A DNA stretch of 63,823 bases, filler included, from Psammoneis japonica (taxonomy: Eukaryota), in NCBI GenBank assembly GCA_008632985.1. It is 3 parts of 3 records of this genome, joined end to end, with 100 filler letters (N's around TTAATTAATTAA, not from the genome) between each part and the next. Parts side by side here need not be neighbours in the genome. Positions count along the whole stretch, not along the records: positions 60,269 to 63,823 come from QPGO01000495.1; 2 more parts are not named here. The stretch is one strand, 5' to 3'. The stretch's first letter is position 1; each line of letters opens with the position of its first letter. The position numbers and the translations under genes are program-made. Below the pieces are notes generated by a model. It worked only from the letters and a program-made list of their open reading frames with translations. It was not told the origin of the DNA and made no database searches. Shown here one piece after another: positions 63,201 through 63,823 of this stretch.

Positions 63201-63823
63201 TCCAGCTCTAGAAGACCCCGAGTCCTACTTCGACACCTATGATTCAGAGGAAGCCCTCGGCCCGCTCCCGACCGAGCCGAGCCACTGCTTTGATGCGGTT
63301 GAGGAGCTCTCTCCGGACTATTTTCGTTTCGACGAGCTGTCCACCAAGTTTGGTTTCGTGGACACCACTCCATGGCAAGACCCTGTGAAGCTTCTCCAGG
63401 CAGCTACTGACAGAACCGAAGCCTGTCCTGCTCATACCTCTGTGCAGGTATTGACAGGCCAACGTTCTTTAGCACAACTCGCCGCCGACCCGCAAGCTTT
63501 GCTGAGCCTGGCACACGAGCGCCACACCGTCACATGCGACACTGGCGCATCCTTAGCCATTGCTTGCGATGAAAACGACTTTGTCGGGCCTCTGACGATC
63601 CCTGATGGCCCATTGAAGCTTGGGGGTCTAGCAAATGGCTTAACCATCGCCGGCATCGGACCCGTCTCCTGGGTTTTCCATGACGAGGACGGCTCTGAGC
63701 TCGTCGTCAAGACGATGGCGCACCATGCACCTCAGGCCGGACAATGCCTCTACAGCAAGGAACATGGCGTGACAGGAAAATGTGAGGGAGACGAGGACTC
63801 ATTTCGAGTGCATGTTGATGGCG
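60269..63823 (+). mobile_element. Ty1/Copia (CoDi-like) element: LTR/leader, then gag-pol from ATG ~60748 with one in-frame TGA (60985-60987); runs off the window end
   Basis: The same frame continues past the TGA: LPGSVLFMMALDTCNAS, zinc knuckle CCGCGKVGHTKRTCP (~61843), protease CDTGASLAI..DFVGPL (~63535) and GLTIAGIGPVSWVF. Confidence 0.85.

Overview
This is eukaryotic DNA, most likely a pennate diatom: it has ASAFAP-type plastid presequences, short GT-AG introns, and CoDi-like Copia, Ambal-like LINE and diatom-type Gypsy elements. A compact gene island (~6.9-25.1 kb) holds eight genes: a small LEA-like protein, a plastid membrane protein, an FAD monooxygenase, a USP deubiquitinase, RFC1, a TMEM128-like protein, a secreted single-pass protein and a plastid FAD oxidoreductase. 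Transposon-rich DNA flanks it on both sides. Three things stand out. (1) At 48.4-56.1 kb a Gypsy gag holds a resolvable nest of DNA transposons. One has RSS-like ends (CACAGTG heptamer, 5-bp TSD) and a shared internal block 12 nt from the heptamer at one end and 23 nt at the other, like the V(D)J 12/23 rule. (2) The repeats, but not the genes, show strong two-strand TpA->TpG/CpA (A-to-G) hypermutation, the reverse of fungal RIP and partly uncoupled from CpG decay. (3) A Ginger-type integrase is fused to Ulp1 protease and RING domains. Family assignments come from motif recognition by eye, not database searches. Three N-gaps (two with artificial TTAATTAATTAA linkers) make adjacency across them unreliable.
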